From Mycobacterium tuberculosis H37Rv (lineage in GTDB: Bacteria; Actinomycetota; Actinomycetes; Mycobacteriales; Mycobacteriaceae), in assembly GCF_000195955.2 (NCBI RefSeq), contig NC_000962.3, positions 3,060,001-3,092,000 on the forward strand: 32,000 bases of DNA. The letters are read 5' to 3'. A program made the translations under genes and the position numbers. Of the stretch, positions 30,362 to 32,000 are shown in pieces (the stretch's first letter is position 1; each line of letters opens with the position of its first letter). Below the pieces are notes generated by a model. The model ran no database searches, was not told the origin of the DNA, and was given only the letters and a program-made list of their open reading frames with translations.

Positions 30362-32000
30362 CGGTAGCGGCGGCGGTGCTGTCCTCGTCGGCGACCAGGA
30401 TCAGGGAGATCTTGCCCCGTTTGTCGATGTCGGCGATCTCCACCCGCAGCTTGTCACCGACATTGACAACGTCCTCGACCTTCGCGATGCGCTTGCCCTT
30501 GCCGAGTTTGGAAATGTGCACCAGACCGTCGCGGCCAGGCAGCAACGATACAAAGGCACCGAAATCGGTGGTCTTGACCACGGTTCCGAGGAACCGTTCG
30601 CCCACCGTCGGCAGCTGCGGGTTGGCGATGGCGTTGATCTTGTCGATCGCGGCCTGTGCCGATGGCCCGTCGGTGGCGCCGACGAACACGGTGCCGTCGT
30701 CTTCGATGGAGATCTGCGCGCCGGTCTCCTCGGTGATGGCGTTGATGACCTTGCCCTTGGGTCCGATGACCTCCCCGATCTTGTCCACCGGAACCTTGAT
30801 GGTGGTCACCCGCGGGGCGTAGGGACTCATTTCGTCGGGTCTATCGATGGCCTCAGCCATCACCTCCAAGATCGTGAGGCGGGCGTCCTTGGCCTGCTCG
30901 AGTGCTCCGGCAAGCACCTGCGAAGGGATCCCGTCGAGCTTGGTGTCCAGCTGCAGCGCGGTGACGAAGTCCTTGGTCCCGGCGACCTTGAAGTCCATGT
31001 CACCGAACGCGTCTTCGGCGCCGAGGATGTCGGTGAGGGTGACGAAGCGACGCTCCACAACGCCGTCGACCGCCCCTTCTACTTGAATGTCGTCGGAGAC
31101 CAGGCCCATCGCGATGCCGGCCACCGGCGCCTTGAGCGGCACCCCGGCGTTGAGCAGCGCCAGCGTCGACGCGCACACCGACCCCATCGAGGTCGACCCG
31201 TTGGAGCCCAGAGCCTCCGACACCTGGCGAATGGCATACGGGAATTCCTCGACGCTCGGCAACACCGGCACCAGGGCCCGCTCGGCCAGTGCGCCGTGCC
31301 CGATCTCACGCCGCTTGGGCGAACCGACCCGACCGGTCTCGCCGGTGGAGAACGGCGGGAAGTTGTAGTGGTGCATGTACCGCTTCGATGTCTCCGGCCC
31401 CAACGAGTCGATCTGCTGGGCCATCTTGATCATGTCGAGTGTGGTCACACCCAGGATCTGGGTTTCGCCGCGTTCGAACAGCGCGCTGCCGTGCGCGCGC
31501 GGAACCACGGCCACCTCGGCCGACAATGCGCGAATGTCGGTGATGCCGCGGCCGTCGATACGGAAATGGTCGGTGAGGATGCGCTGCCGAACCAGCTTTT
31601 TGGTCAGGGCACGCAACGCGGCGCCGACCTCCTTTTCGCGACCCTCGTAGGTGTCGGCGAGCCGCTGCACAACCTGGGTCTTGATTTCGTCGATGCGCTG
31701 GTCGCGCTCGGCTTTACCGCCGATGGTCAACGCGGCGGCCAACTCGTCGGTGGCCACCGAGGACACCGAGTAGTACACGTCTTCGCCGTAGTCAGGGAAC
31801 ACCGGGAAGTCGACGGTCGGTTTGCCCGACTTTCCAGCGGCATCGGCAAGCTCCTGCTGCGCGGTGCACAGCGCGGCGATAAACGGCTTGGCCGCCTCCA
31901 GGCCCGCGGCCACCACGCTTTCCGTCGGCGCTTGGGCACCACCTTCGACGAGCTCGACGACGTTTTCGGTGGCCTCGGCTTCGACCATCATGATGGCAAC
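30339..32000 (-). CDS. gpsI: Polyribonucleotide nucleotidyltransferase, C-terminal part; 5' end outside window
   Basis: [31 protein letters not shown]; KH domain [15 protein letters not shown]; S1 domain [26 protein letters not shown]. Confidence 0.96.
   Translation of the reverse strand, partial: VAIMMVEAEATENVVELVEGGAQAPTESVVAAGLEAAKPFIAALCTAQQELADAAGKSGKPTVDFPVFPDYGEDVYYSVSSVATDELAAALTIGGKAERDQRIDEIKTQVVQRLADTYEGREKEVGAALRALTKKLVRQRILTDHFRIDGRGITDIRALSAEVAVVPRAHGSALFERGETQILGVTTLDMIKMAQQIDSLGPETSKRYMHHYNFPPFSTGETGRVGSPKRREIGHGALAERALVPVLPSVEEFPYAIRQVSEALGSNGSTSMGSVCASTLALLNAGVPLKAPVAGIAMGLVSDDIQVEGAVDGVVERRFVTLTDILGAEDAFGDMDFKVAGTKDFVTALQLDTKLDGIPSQVLAGALEQAKDARLTILEVMAEAIDRPDEMSPYAPRVTTIKVPVDKIGEVIGPKGKVINAITEETGAQISIEDDGTVFVGATDGPSAQAAIDKINAIANPQLPTVGERFLGTVVKTTDFGAFVSLLPGRDGLVHISKLGKGKRIAKVEDVVNVGDKLRVEIADIDKRGKISLILVADEDSTAAATDAATVTS

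Overview
High-GC actinobacterial chromosome, almost certainly the Mycobacterium tuberculosis complex. From memory, gene order and coordinates match H37Rv Rv2748c (ftsK) to Rv2783c (gpsI). ald is intact and the window looks like lineage 4. Core genes present: ftsK (partial), rnj, dapA, thyX, dfrA, thyA, dapB, aldR/ald, pepR and gpsI (partial). Two accessory blocks stand out. (1) Between thyX and dfrA-thyA (about 7972-13129) lies a tightly packed Type I methyltransferase / toxin-antitoxin island: hsdS, vapBC42, vapBC21, hsdM, hsdS fragment, with no hsdR. Its edges contain degraded genes: an hsdS relic that reads through an in-frame TAG, then an apparently unannotated C-terminal PIN/VapC relic next to thyX, and a YcaQ-like C-terminal remnant on the dfrA side. 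HsdM carries NLPF instead of NPPF in catalytic motif IV (Leu306), the known inactivating lineage-4 type change. (2) A PPE44-PE27-PPE43 cluster (16894-20457) in which all three proteins share a C-terminal motif, and in which PE27 has a PE head on a PPE-SVP-like tail. Other signals: a candidate group II intron RNA remnant at about 22490-22602 beneath a doubtful antisense ORF, a perfect 22-bp inverted repeat at 15378-15439, a pair of CTGATCAG palindromes 22 bp apart upstream of PE27, and a palindrome in the aldR/ald intergenic region. I found no tRNA, rRNA, CRISPR array or intact IS element. All product calls come from reading sequence motifs and from recall; no database search was run.
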